Shown here: positions 30,593 through 42,700 of the stretch, piece after piece
Numbering within the stretch: position 1 is the first letter of the stretch
How the letters are laid out: every line of letters begins with the position of its first letter
Source of the DNA: Candidatus Zixiibacteriota bacterium
GTDB lineage: Bacteria; Zixibacteria; MSB-5A5; UBA10806
Length of the DNA: 64,000 nt
Assembly: GCA_024641335.1 (NCBI GenBank)
Contig: JAHEDG010000013.1
Coordinates: 156-64,155 of the forward strand
Reading direction: 5' to 3'
Made by a program: the position numbers and the translations under genes
The notes under the pieces: generated by a model
What the model saw: the letters and a program-made list of their open reading frames with translations, nothing else
Database searches by the model: none
What the model was told of the DNA's origin: nothing

Positions 30593-31405
30593 TTAAAATC
30601 CCAGGTGAATCCCGAACGCCCACTTATGATCGGCGCGGCTGCGAATAGACTGATTATCGTAAGGCCAGTGTCTGAAATAAATCATCATCGCGCCTTTATC
30701 GCCGTAGATGGTGAAATTAAGATCCAGGCGATGCCGCCGTTTCAGCTCACTTTCCTTGTCCAGGACCCATAGGTTATCGGAATCCAGGTCTATCCCGATT
30801 CGCTTGTAACGCAGCAGACGGTATTGAAAATCGGTGTTCATGGTAAATTCGTAGTCATGATGTTTCTGAAAGCTCATTCCCCGGGGAGCGAAAAAACTGG
30901 CTATCAGATGATAATCAAAACCGTTTTCCCATATGAGACCATCGGCTTTCGGCTCGGGTTGATGATACTTGATTTTGGAAAGATACTTCATATTTCCGAA
31001 ACCGAGCCTGAGAGAGTTCCAATACACGGAATTATCGTGCCATCTGTCTATATCGTGGAAACAATCATGATGAATCTGCGCTTCCATAAAATACTTCTGG
31101 AACTCCAGTCTTCCCGCGAGCCCGAAGGACCAATGAGCCCGTGTCGGATCGAAGACCATATTCGATCTGTATTTCCGCCCCATATGCGTTTCCTTGAACA
31201 GGTCGACCATGAAGAAAAAACGCTTATAGGCGAATGTCTCGATGTTGGCGCTCAGTTCGGTGTCTATAAAGTAATCTCCGTTCTGCTTGAAATAGATATA
31301 GGAAACGATATCGCCGTGCCCCTCGAAAAGGACCCTGAAATCGCCGGCGGAAACGCCGCTCGAAATAAACAAAACCGCTATAATTGCTGATAGGGATCCG
31401 CGCAA
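30593..31405 (-). CDS. hypothetical exported protein, probable beta-barrel
   Basis: Signal peptide, C-terminal 'WAFGIHLGF'. Confidence 0.6.
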   Translation of the reverse strand: MRGSLSAIIAVLFISSGVSAGDFRVLFEGHGDIVSYIYFKQNGDYFIDTELSANIETFAYKRFFFMVDLFKETHMGRKYRSNMVFDPTRAHWSFGLAGRLEFQKYFMEAQIHHDCFHDIDRWHDNSVYWNSLRLGFGNMKYLSKIKYHQPEPKADGLIWENGFDYHLIASFFAPRGMSFQKHHDYEFTMNTDFQYRLLRYKRIGIDLDSDNLWVLDKESELKRRHRLDLNFTIYGDKGAMMIYFRHWPYDNQSIRSRADHKWAFGIHLGF

Positions 31406-31472
31406 CTTCCACCTCTCATTTTTTTTGCACTCGGCCAGGCTAAGAGGACATCCGGATAATATCCCAATAAAG

Positions 31473-31499
31473 AAAAACGCCGCCTCGGTTCAGCGGCGT
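31473..31499 (-). terminator. intrinsic terminator
   Basis: ACGCCGC hairpin then T5 on minus strand after the dehydrogenase gene. Confidence 0.6.
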
Positions 31500-31516
31500 C
31501 GGAAAATCATGGCCTG

Positions 31517-32893
31517 TCAAATCTTAAAAATCTTCTTCCTGCCGGAGATCACGTTTTTAGTAGCGTTCCTGGTATCCACCACTATCGGCGAGTTATCGAC
31601 AATCCACTGGTAGTTGAACGAGGAATGATCGGTTGTTATAGCCGCGCAATCGCAGGACTTCAGCGTTTTTTCATTGAGCGTAATAGCCTTGAGATCCGGC
31701 CCATGATCCATCTTTATAACCGGAACGAACGGGTCGCAGTAGCTGACTTTGGCTCCCTTTTCCTGAAGCAGCCTGATTACGTCCAGCGCCGGAGATTCCC
31801 GCAGATCGGAGATATCTTTTTTATAGGCTACGCCGAGTATCAATATCCTGGCGCCATTGATCGAGAGTCTTCTCGAATTCAGGGCCTTGGTGATTTTCTC
31901 AACCACGAATTCCGGCATGTGAGAGTTGATATCGCCGGCCAGTTCGATAAATCTGGCGTAGTAATTCAGCGATTTCAATTTCCATGAGAGGTAATGAGGG
32001 TCGATAGGTATACAATGTCCTCCAAGCCCGGGGCCTGGATAAAACGGCATGAACCCGAACGGTTTTGTGGCGGCGGCGTCGATAACCTCCCACACGTCGA
32101 TTCCCAATCGATCGCACATCAGGGCTACCTCGTTAACCAGACCGATATTTACAGATCTGAACGTGTTTTCGAGCAGTTTGACCATCTCGGCAGCCTTGGT
32201 CGACGATGTCGGGATAACCTGGACTATCACCTGTTCGTAAAACGCTTTGGCTACCTTCAAGCAGGCCGGAGTCGTGCCTCCCACGATTTTAGGCGTGTTC
32301 TGAGTCGTGTATTTTTCATTCCCCGGATCGACTCTTTCGGGCGAGAAGGCCAGGAACAGATCTCTGCCCACCTTCAGCCCGAGCGCGTCAAGTTTGGGCC
32401 GAATCAACTCCTCGGTCGTGCCGGGATAGGTGGTCGATTCCAGGACAACCAATTGTCCCTGGTGAAGATATTTCTCAATCTGCTCAACCGCGGCCAATAT
32501 AAATGAAACGTCCGGGTCCTTGGTTTTATTCAGAGGGGTCGGCACGCAGATAATGACCACGTCCGAGTTCTTCAAGACAGAGAAATCGTTGGTGCAATGG
32601 AGCCTTTTGAGATCGACCAGCTCTTTGACCTCGTAATCCTTGATATCGTCGACATCCGATTTACCGGCGTTGATCGTTTTTATTTTTTTCTCCAGTATAT
32701 CGATACCGTTGACCTTGAACCCCACCCGGCCGAATTCCACCGCCAGGGGCAGGCCCACGTATCCCATGCCGATAATAGCTATCGACGCCGACCGGTCTTT
32801 AATTTTTTTCTCCAGGCGCGAGGCCAGATCCTCGCCCGCGATTACCGTAGTTTTCTTTTTAGTGTCTTGTTTTTTCGCGGATTTCGATGGCAT
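31517..32893 (-). CDS. UDP-N-acetylhexosamine 6-dehydrogenase (WbpA/WecC family)
   Basis: 'GMGYVGLP', 'CVPTP', 'ESTTYPGTT', 'FSPERVDPG', 'GGHCIPIDP', 'AYKKDISDLRESP'. Confidence 0.92.
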   Translation of the reverse strand: MPSKSAKKQDTKKKTTVIAGEDLASRLEKKIKDRSASIAIIGMGYVGLPLAVEFGRVGFKVNGIDILEKKIKTINAGKSDVDDIKDYEVKELVDLKRLHCTNDFSVLKNSDVVIICVPTPLNKTKDPDVSFILAAVEQIEKYLHQGQLVVLESTTYPGTTEELIRPKLDALGLKVGRDLFLAFSPERVDPGNEKYTTQNTPKIVGGTTPACLKVAKAFYEQVIVQVIPTSSTKAAEMVKLLENTFRSVNIGLVNEVALMCDRLGIDVWEVIDAAATKPFGFMPFYPGPGLGGHCIPIDPHYLSWKLKSLNYYARFIELAGDINSHMPEFVVEKITKALNSRRLSINGARILILGVAYKKDISDLRESPALDVIRLLQEKGAKVSYCDPFVPVIKMDHGPDLKAITLNEKTLKSCDCAAITTDHSSFNYQWIVDNSPIVVDTRNATKNVISGRKKIFKI

Positions 32894-32947
32894 TTATATT
32901 CCCCCGACAAAAATTGAGCTGTTCTTTATAGAGTATATCGTCAAACT

Positions 32948-33910
32948 TCAAATTTCCTCAATCAGGCGAGAACGCCAATATTTCAGTGAATCGGCCAGAG
33001 TGGTTTCTATCGGAATGGCCGGCTCCCAGCCGGTCTCCGATCTGATCCTGTCATTGGAGCCGATCAAAATCGGAATATCTACCGGCCTTAATCGAGATTG
33101 ATCGCTCATTATCTCGATATTCTTGTCTACCATGGTTCGGTATAAATCCAGAAGCTCGGAAAGAGAATATCCTTTGCCGGAACAAACGTTGTAGGGACGC
33201 CCTGCCGTACCTTTCTCCAGTATAGCCGCGTAAGCCCTGACCACGTCGCGAACATCGGTGTAATCACGCCGGACATTCATATTCCCGACCTTCAGCTCCG
33301 GCGGAGCGATACCCAGATCGATCTTGGAGATTTGGAACGCCCAATCGGAGAGAACGCCTACGGTCTTCTGACCCGGCCCGGAATGAGAAAACGCCCTGGC
33401 GATATATACCGGCAGATCATAAGCCCGGTAATATTGATAAGCCAGAAGATCCACGGCCGCTTTGCTGACCGCGTAAGGATTTATCGGCCTCAGAGGACGA
33501 TCTTCGACTACCGGACATTCCTCCGGAGTCAACTGGCCGTAAACCTCCGACGATGATATTATCAGGGTCTTTATGGGGAAATCGACTTTGCTGATTGTCT
33601 CCAGCAGGTTCAGTGTCCCTATCAGGTTTACCGAGAAGGTCTCGAACGGGTTTTCAAACGATATTTTCACAGACGATTGCGCGGCCAGATGAAAAATAAC
33701 GTCAGGAGCGAATTCGGTCAGAGCATTCGACATAACCGCTTCATCGCGAAGATCGCCGCTGAAAAACCGCAGGTCTTTTTCGCCGGTCTGCTCGCCGGTT
33801 TTATCCGGCTGATCGTTATCAAGACCGGCCACTTCGTAATTTTCCAAGAGCAGATGCCTGGCCAGATGCCCGCCGACAAAACCGCGTATGCCTGTGATCA
33901 GGGCTTTCAT
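32948..33910 (-). CDS. rmd: GDP-4-dehydro-6-deoxy-D-mannose reductase-like extended SDR
   Basis: 'TGIRGFVG', 'HLAAQSSV', 'PYAVSK', 'AFSHSGPGQ', 'RDYTDVRDVV'; adjacent to gmd. Confidence 0.75.
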   Translation of the reverse strand: MKALITGIRGFVGGHLARHLLLENYEVAGLDNDQPDKTGEQTGEKDLRFFSGDLRDEAVMSNALTEFAPDVIFHLAAQSSVKISFENPFETFSVNLIGTLNLLETISKVDFPIKTLIISSSEVYGQLTPEECPVVEDRPLRPINPYAVSKAAVDLLAYQYYRAYDLPVYIARAFSHSGPGQKTVGVLSDWAFQISKIDLGIAPPELKVGNMNVRRDYTDVRDVVRAYAAILEKGTAGRPYNVCSGKGYSLSELLDLYRTMVDKNIEIMSDQSRLRPVDIPILIGSNDRIRSETGWEPAIPIETTLADSLKYWRSRLIEEI

Positions 33911-34102
33911 GTCAAGTACCTATCGCACATCTTAAATATTAATACAGAATTCAACATTATTCCTTTAGTTCCTCTTAATCACGGTATTATTTCTGAGTAT
34001 ATCTCGGGGAAATATAAAACAATTCGAACTTATGATCGGTCTCGGAGTGTTTTTCCCGGGCATGCCCGCTGATCTTTTGAGGAGATCTATAATCCATCGA
34101 TT

Positions 34103-35062
34103 CTACTTCTTCCCCAGCTTTTCCATATCGGAGTCGACCATCATTTTAACCATCTGCTCGAACGATACTTCCGGCTCCCAGCCCATTTCCTTTTTGGCGT
34201 GGGAAGCGTCTCCCAAGAGTTCATCGACCTCGGCCGGCCGAACAAAGCGCGGATCGGTGACCACATATTTTTTATAATCCATATCCAGGTGGGAGAAAGC
34301 TATCCGGCAGAGTTCGCCGACAGTATGGCTATGGCCGGTGGCAATTACGAAATTATCCGGTTTCGGATGTTGAAGCATCATCCACATAGCTCTTACATAA
34401 TCTCCCGCGTAACCCCAGTCGCGTTTGGCGTCGAGATTGCCCAGAGCCAGTTTTTCGGCCAGACCGAGCTTGATCCTCGCCGCGCCGTCAGTGATCTTCC
34501 GAGTGACGAATTCCAGGCCGCGCCGGGGAGATTCATGGTTGAAGAGGATTCCCGAAACGGCGAATATATCGTAAGATTCTCTATAGTTTACCGTAATAAA
34601 ATGACCGTAAACCTTGGCTACCCCATAAGGAGATCGAGGATAGAACGGCGTCTTTTCGGTCTGCGGCACCTCCGCCACCTTGCCGAACATCTCCGACGAT
34701 GAAGCCTGGTAAAATTTGATTTTACGGTTGAACTGCTTGACCGCCTCCAGAACTTTAGTGACCCCTAAAGCGTCGAATTCCCCTGTCAGGAGCGGCTGTT
34801 TCCATGATGTAGGCACGAACGATTGAGCGGCCAGATTGTAAACCTCGTCCGGTTTCGATTCTTCAATAACCCCCAAGATTGAAAGCTGGTCCAGAAGATC
34901 GCCGTGAACCAAATGGAGCTTATCGCGGATATGATCTATCCGCTCGAAATTCTCGGTGGAGTTGCGGCGGACCATGCCGTAAACTTCATACCCTTTTTCT
35001 ATCAGCAGTTCGGCCAGATATGATCCGTCCTGACCGGTAATTCCCGTAATTAAAGCTCTCAT
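34103..35062 (-). CDS. gmd: GDP-mannose 4,6-dehydratase
   Basis: '[14 protein letters not shown]', '[11 protein letters not shown]', 'PRSPYGVAK', '[11 protein letters not shown]', 'RDWG'. Confidence 0.96.
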   Translation of the reverse strand: MRALITGITGQDGSYLAELLIEKGYEVYGMVRRNSTENFERIDHIRDKLHLVHGDLLDQLSILGVIEESKPDEVYNLAAQSFVPTSWKQPLLTGEFDALGVTKVLEAVKQFNRKIKFYQASSSEMFGKVAEVPQTEKTPFYPRSPYGVAKVYGHFITVNYRESYDIFAVSGILFNHESPRRGLEFVTRKITDGAARIKLGLAEKLALGNLDAKRDWGYAGDYVRAMWMMLQHPKPDNFVIATGHSHTVGELCRIAFSHLDMDYKKYVVTDPRFVRPAEVDELLGDASHAKKEMGWEPEVSFEQMVKMMVDSDMEKLGKK

Positions 35063-35270
35063 CGGTTCCCCTTGCTCAAACTCGCAAAATATAGCTTGTC
35101 AGCTCCAGATGTCAATCAATTATGAGAATAATCCGAAAAGCAGCCGTAAACCGGCCGCTTTCGGCCAAATCGATCCGGCCGTTCTCACAGCCGGCTTTTG
35201 CGCTTTTGTAAACCTCTGAATTACAACCGGATACGCTACCAAAAATATATCTTTCAAAACAGCTTTTATC

Positions 35271-35299
35271 TTGAAATATCAAGCGTATAATGGTATTAT
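35271..35299 (+). promoter_or_regulatory. sigma70 promoter of dciA-gyrB
   Basis: TTGAAA-17-TATTAT with extended TG. Confidence 0.55.
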
Positions 35300-35372
35300 A
35301 TTTAATTGCGGGAAATAGCCTGATGACGCGAAGATCGCGGGGCTGTTGATCCAGTATTGTCGAAGAGAGAGA

Positions 35373-37608
<2,236 letters not shown>

Positions 37609-37613
37609 ATTCT

Positions 37614-37720
37614 GTGCTGTCGGGTCACCCGACCCGACAGTTGCTTGAACAAGATAAAGCGTTCAGGTGAAATCTCCTGACCCCATACCTGTGCCCGGCA
37701 GATGCCCTCGTCCGCCGGGA
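37614..37720. repeat. cluster of REP-like hairpins between convergent genes
   Basis: GTG-CTGTCGGGTC-ACCC-GACCCGACAG (37614-37640); TCAGG-N8-CCTGA; GTG-CCCGGCAGA-N8-TCCGCCGGG (37691-37719). Confidence 0.6.
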
Positions 37721-37762
37721 AGTGTTGAATTTAAGAGGACAGATCGGCCGCGCCGATTTATA

Positions 37763-39208
37763 TCAATCACGTAGCAAAATCTCCGCCGCCGCCCCGCCAT
37801 CGTTATAGAATCGGACTTCTCCCCCGTGTTCCTCGATTATCTTTTTCACTATAATCAATCCGAGGCCGGTCCCTGTTTTCTTTCCGGTAATATAAGGCTG
37901 GTCGATCTTCTCTAATTTTTCCGCGGGATATCCGGGTCCGTTATCTCTGAAAATCACCCGAATCGCGTTATCCGTTTTTTCGGCGGTTATCTCGATAGAC
38001 ACCTTATCGGCCACCTCGACTGAGTTCTTTATCAGGTTGCCGAAAACCCGTCCCATCATCAAAGGATCGAGATCGAGCAGCGGCAGATGGTCGGGGATAG
38101 CCGTATTAATTGTTACATTCTTCCTGTCCCGGTAAAGGAGAAGCGATTTGTTCAGGATATCTTCAAGCGAGCATCTCACCCGTTTCAGCTGTGGTTCTCT
38201 GGCGAATGTCGAGAACTGTCCCGAGAGATCATTCAATGCCTGTATCTGGATGCGTATAGCGGCCAGGAGATCGACCGCTTTATCGCCGGGGATATCCCCT
38301 TTTTGAGCCATCTCCTCCAGCCGGTAAAGCTCTATTGTAATGGGTGTGAGAGGATTCCTGATCTCATGCGCTATCCTTCGGGCGACTTCTCTCCAGGCCG
38401 CCAGACGTTCGGCAGTGAGCAGGCGTTGCTGGTTTTCGACAATCCGATCGGCCATAGTATTGAAGGAATCGGCCAAATCAGAAAACTCGTCCTTCCCCCC
38501 TAATTTGACCCTGCCCTGCAGATCGCCCGCTCCGAGCAGCCGCGCGCCGGATGTTAGTTTCGCCAGCGGATGGGTCAGTTGACGGCTTATAAATACCGAC
38601 AGGATCAACCCGGCAGCCAGCGCCAGAAATATGGATGCCACGGTCAGCACAGTCAGAAGGCGAAGCGAAAACGCTTTATAGATCGAAAGGCTGGCCGATG
38701 TCGAAACCGCTTCCGCAAGCAACCGTCCATTTTCAGCGTAATCGGGTGGCAGAAGAATTCCGCAGCCGATCATGTATCGAGAACGGCCGACCGCATGGAT
38801 CAGAAAGGCTCGCTCTTTGTAATACCATCGCCAGGTACCGGCCGCTGACGGCAGATCGCCGGGGATCGTATCGGCGGTTAACCGCAGAGAATCGGAGAAT
38901 ACCAGCAAACCGGATTCCGGGCTCTGAATAAAGACGATATCCGCCTTTTCTGTCTTGAGCCATTCGCTCAGCGATGTTCTATCGGGTATAAGCGGGACTG
39001 AACGCAGCTTATCCCGAAGCGTCTGCCCGGCCATGCTCTCGGCGTCGGCAGCCATACTCTCGGCCAGAGCCAGACTCGATTCCAGCCCGGACGCCCCTAT
39101 TCGGTTCAGGGTAGAATTCAAGAGATAGGAAGCGGCGGCCAGGATAATCAGGGCGGGCAATAGCCCGACAATGAAAATAATGACGAATATTCTGGAACGA
39201 AATTTCAT
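37763..39208 (-). CDS. NtrY-like HAMP sensor histidine kinase
   Basis: Two TM helices, HAMP, 'AWREVARRIAHEIRNPLTPI', 'NLIKNS', 'DNGPG', 'GTGLGL'. Confidence 0.92.
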   Translation of the reverse strand: MKFRSRIFVIIFIVGLLPALIILAAASYLLNSTLNRIGASGLESSLALAESMAADAESMAGQTLRDKLRSVPLIPDRTSLSEWLKTEKADIVFIQSPESGLLVFSDSLRLTADTIPGDLPSAAGTWRWYYKERAFLIHAVGRSRYMIGCGILLPPDYAENGRLLAEAVSTSASLSIYKAFSLRLLTVLTVASIFLALAAGLILSVFISRQLTHPLAKLTSGARLLGAGDLQGRVKLGGKDEFSDLADSFNTMADRIVENQQRLLTAERLAAWREVARRIAHEIRNPLTPITIELYRLEEMAQKGDIPGDKAVDLLAAIRIQIQALNDLSGQFSTFAREPQLKRVRCSLEDILNKSLLLYRDRKNVTINTAIPDHLPLLDLDPLMMGRVFGNLIKNSVEVADKVSIEITAEKTDNAIRVIFRDNGPGYPAEKLEKIDQPYITGKKTGTGLGLIIVKKIIEEHGGEVRFYNDGGAAAEILLRD

Positions 39209-39328
39209 CTGTAAATGGATATTAGACTCCTGAAGTCCCGCTGTCAATGGCGATTTCCCGATTGCCTAATAAGAAATAAACCTGTTTTATTTCTTGACCT
39301 CAAGACAGCGATTTCATAGCCTTGGGCC

Positions 39329-40249
39329 GTGCCTGGCAAAATTATGAAATTCGAGGAGTTGCGATCGCCCCAGTTGGCCGCGCTGGATAGAAGCAAAACG
39401 GTAATACTCTTGCCGGTATCGCCTCTTGAAGGGCATGGCCCGCATCTGCCTTTGGGAGTGGATTTTTTTGACGCGAAATATTTTTCCGATCGGCTGGCCG
39501 GAGCCATTACGGAAAGAAGAACGGATTTCGACGTTGTAATCTGCCCCGGATTACCTGTGGGCACACAGCTGTACAAGCAAGCAGGTTCATTAAGAATAAA
39601 ACCGTTAACTCTCTATAATCTGATAAAAGAGACCGGCTATTCTCTAACTTATTGGGGTTTTAAGTATATTTTCGTCCTTTCAGGTCATGGCTCTCCCCGC
39701 GATATCGTGACCATTGAATCGGCCTGTAAGAAAGTTTCCATTAAACGAAAAATACAGATGCACAATATTTCCGGTGCGATAGCGGTTCGTTTTCTGAATG
39801 GGGAGTTTGTCGAGAGGATCTCCGCCGGCTTGCCCGATCCACTCTCCCCGACTGACCTGAATCTGATGAAAAAGGATATTCACGGCGGCTGGTGGGAAAC
39901 CTCCATGATGCTCCAGGTCAAGCCTGAGCTTGTGGATGAGAGCTATAAGTCATTGCCTTTCAATGAGAAATCCGGCGATAATCCGAATCCGGGCCTCGGT
40001 TATTATGGCTCTCCATCCAGGGCATCTTTGGAATTTGCCGGCGTTTCGACTGATATTATTACCAACGAAGCAGCCGAAATAGTGGAACGCTGTCTTCGCG
40101 GGGAGGATATTACTTCGGATACGGTTTCCCCACTGTGGAGAATACGGACATTACGGCCTACTTTCAAACGGTCGCTGTATTTTGGAATACTGTTTTCTAT
40201 TAAGGCCTGTGTTATAGTCTGGTTGATTTATAAGTACATAATCCGCTAA
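39329..40249 (+). CDS. creatininase family amidohydrolase
   Basis: 'LEGHGPHLPLGVD', 'SGHG', 'DIHGGWWETS'; C-terminal hydrophobic tail. Confidence 0.85.
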   Translation: MPGKIMKFEELRSPQLAALDRSKTVILLPVSPLEGHGPHLPLGVDFFDAKYFSDRLAGAITERRTDFDVVICPGLPVGTQLYKQAGSLRIKPLTLYNLIKETGYSLTYWGFKYIFVLSGHGSPRDIVTIESACKKVSIKRKIQMHNISGAIAVRFLNGEFVERISAGLPDPLSPTDLNLMKKDIHGGWWETSMMLQVKPELVDESYKSLPFNEKSGDNPNPGLGYYGSPSRASLEFAGVSTDIITNEAAEIVERCLRGEDITSDTVSPLWRIRTLRPTFKRSLYFGILFSIKACVIVWLIYKYIIR

Positions 40250-40364
40250 TAAGTTAAACTGTTTCATTATTATAGCTTGCTGTTGAGCAAGTCTTCTCTG
40301 TTTTGGGTAGTATATGCTAATCCTCAAGGCGAAATCGGCCGATATAGGCAAAAGGAGGACTATA

Positions 40365-40943
40365 ATGCCGGGTATTCCAGCTGGTAAGACATCGTCCGTT
40401 AAGGTCATGGATAAGACTTTTATCCTGCAGACGGAATTCAGGTTAAAGCCCAAGCCGGCGATCGTAACATCAGTGGCCCTTGACGGGCAGGTGATGCATA
40501 AGGTCGAGCGGCAATATATCCGTCCGTATGAGGCGGATCATGATTTCCGTGCGGCCGAGGACGCTATCAACGCTCAACATACCGCTATCGCCAGAAAGTT
40601 GAGCAGCGGGGGCGCCGATTTCATAGGTGTCACCAAAGAGCCGACTATCAGCATTTCCCGAGAGGACAAGTTAGGAGTGATTTCAGGAGTCTCTTTCGTG
40701 GCCAATCTGGAGGAAAAGCTGGCCGCGGATAATCCATCCAGTGTTTATATTCAGTCGAAGCTGATTGTGGAAATATCCGATGCCATCAGAAGCGGCACTC
40801 GCAGCGGACGGTTTCTCAACGCGGCGGTGATCAGCAAAAACGGCAAATTCATTCTGGATAAAAGCGACGGGAAAGCTTATCTCTTAAGCCTGAAACCGGA
40901 AGCCGAAATCAGCAAAATCATAACCGAAATAAAGAATGCATGA
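40365..40943 (+). CDS. hypothetical protein
   Basis: AAGGAGG RBS before ATG 40365; 'FILQTE...P.IVTSV..DG.V' N-domain; coupled to next gene by ATGA overlap. Confidence 0.7.
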   Translation: MPGIPAGKTSSVKVMDKTFILQTEFRLKPKPAIVTSVALDGQVMHKVERQYIRPYEADHDFRAAEDAINAQHTAIARKLSSGGADFIGVTKEPTISISREDKLGVISGVSFVANLEEKLAADNPSSVYIQSKLIVEISDAIRSGTRSGRFLNAAVISKNGKFILDKSDGKAYLLSLKPEAEISKIITEIKNA

Positions 40944-41677
40944 ATAAGATTCTTTCCAATATCAGAGCGGTTCATGGAGTCTGGGGCACCATCGCTATCG
41001 ATAAGAAAAGAGCCCTGACATATCAGATGCTCCCGGCCAATTTCGAGGACGACTCGGTCAAGGAGATCGCCGTTCCCACGTTGAACCTGGCGCGCACATC
41101 AGATGATCCCATGGTCATCGATATGTTTTTCGATACCGGACGAGCCCGACTTTATAACCGGGAGGAGGCGGTCGTGCTGGTGCTTGGGCGGGAGGATCTC
41201 AATCTCGATATGCTCGGCGTGGTCTGCAAAGAGGCGATACCGGCAATCTGCCGAAGGTTCGCCAAAGGCGAACTGGCCGATAACAACCCCCGTCAGTACG
41301 ATCCATCGGGTGCCAGCTTCGAGTTCCTTCTCAAAGCGATCAATATCTTAGCCTACAACGCCCAGCAGAAAATAGGCGCGTATCTTGTCACCAAGCATTT
41401 GCGCAACGCCAAGGACGCTTTGGTTTCGGATCACCAGTTCTTCTCCACGATCAGTGTCGACAACAACGGTGTGGCCAGCCTGATCAAGGGCTATCCTCCG
41501 CACAAAGGGGACGATCTGCTGAATGCGTTCGCCCACTGGGCCAACCTGTTCGTATCCAACTGCGCCTCATCAACCGACAAGCTCAAGCCGGGCGATATCC
41601 TGGAGCTGACCCTGGAGATCAAAAGCAAATTGGAGCTGACCGGTTTTTACCAGTTGTACGCCGACCAGGGGATATAA
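40940..41677 (+). CDS. hypothetical protein with roadblock/MglB-like N-terminal domain
   Basis: 'ILSNIRAVHGVWGTIAID' resembles the roadblock 'L..L....GV.G...' start; fold call is tentative. Confidence 0.55.
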   Translation: MNKILSNIRAVHGVWGTIAIDKKRALTYQMLPANFEDDSVKEIAVPTLNLARTSDDPMVIDMFFDTGRARLYNREEAVVLVLGREDLNLDMLGVVCKEAIPAICRRFAKGELADNNPRQYDPSGASFEFLLKAINILAYNAQQKIGAYLVTKHLRNAKDALVSDHQFFSTISVDNNGVASLIKGYPPHKGDDLLNAFAHWANLFVSNCASSTDKLKPGDILELTLEIKSKLELTGFYQLYADQGI

Positions 41678-41839
41678 AGGCCTAATTATTGGCCTGCAAA
41701 TAATCGCCTTCTGAATATCTATATGCGACGGGTATCGGCTCGGAACTTACCAAGTTGCGGGCAGACCTCCGTACGTGCACTGTAAACGGTCAAGTACGAC
41801 CTTATGTCTCGTAGGAGATTCTTGACCGTGCCTTGAGCC

Positions 41840-41867
41840 GTAGGGTCTTGATTACTCAAACCTCTAA
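41840..41867. repeat. 28-bp GTAG-type REP palindrome (degenerate)
   Basis: GTAGGGTCTTGATTACTCAAACCTCTAA; related copies at 53106, 56417, 57349. Confidence 0.65.
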
Positions 41868-41914
41868 AGGATCGTTAGTTGCGTATTGTTTTACTTTTAG
41901 ATATATTCTTCCGC

Positions 41915-42700
41915 GTGAAAAAACTCACCCACCTCCTCCTCGATATCGAGGGCACCATCGTCCTCGATAAAAAATACACTCCTGTACCCGGCGTGCTGGA
42001 GTGGTTCAACGCGCTGGCCGAAAAGGGGATCGAAGCGCGGCTGGTCACCAACAATACCACCGAATCGCCCGACGATCTCTACGATATCATGTGTCAACGC
42101 GGTTTCGAGATTGAGCGGCGCGATCTGTTTACCTGCATGAGCGAGGCAGCCGAGCGGATGATACGCCAAAAGGCTAAAAGCTGTTTCGTGATCGGCGTGG
42201 ACAATGTGAAGAAGTATCTGCGAAGCCGTGGGATCGAGCCGGTGGAATCCTGGAAGGCGGACGCTGTTTTGGTTGGTCTCGATCCGACATTATCGTATGG
42301 CAAGATGAACACGGCGGCGAAAGCGATATTAGAAAACGGGGCTAAGCTCTATACTCTGCATCGCAACCGGCGTTATGTGGACGAGAACCGCGAGACGGTG
42401 ATGTCATCGGGGCCGATAGCGGCGGCGTTGGAGAACGCCTGTATGGTCAAAGCCAACGTCTGCGGCAAGCCCGATCGGAAATTCTTCTTAAGCAGTATTA
42501 AGGGCTGGGATATCCCGCGCGAGAAGATCCTCATGGTTTCCGACGATCCGTTCGCCGACTTGGCAGGGGCGAAAAAGTTAGGGATGAAAACCTGCTGGGT
42601 CCTGACAGGTTCGCAGAAGGATCTGGCGGTCATCAACAAAATCCCGAAAAATCATCGTCCCGACTTTACACTTGATAGTGTCACGGAAATACCGATTTGA
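41915..42700 (+). CDS. HAD-IIA family hydrolase (NagD/LHPP-like)
   Basis: 'LLDIEGTI', 'VTNN', 'CGKP', 'MVSDD..ADL.GA..LGM', 'VLTG'; GTG start. Confidence 0.88.
   Translation: MKKLTHLLLDIEGTIVLDKKYTPVPGVLEWFNALAEKGIEARLVTNNTTESPDDLYDIMCQRGFEIERRDLFTCMSEAAERMIRQKAKSCFVIGVDNVKKYLRSRGIEPVESWKADAVLVGLDPTLSYGKMNTAAKAILENGAKLYTLHRNRRYVDENRETVMSSGPIAAALENACMVKANVCGKPDRKFFLSSIKGWDIPREKILMVSDDPFADLAGAKKLGMKTCWVLTGSQKDLAVINKIPKNHRPDFTLDSVTEIPI

Noticed and set aside
35063-35345. oriC upstream of dciA-gyrB (also the 26451-26630 gap before gyrA)
   Set aside because: No cluster of TTATCCACA-type DnaA boxes seen, only isolated degenerate matches
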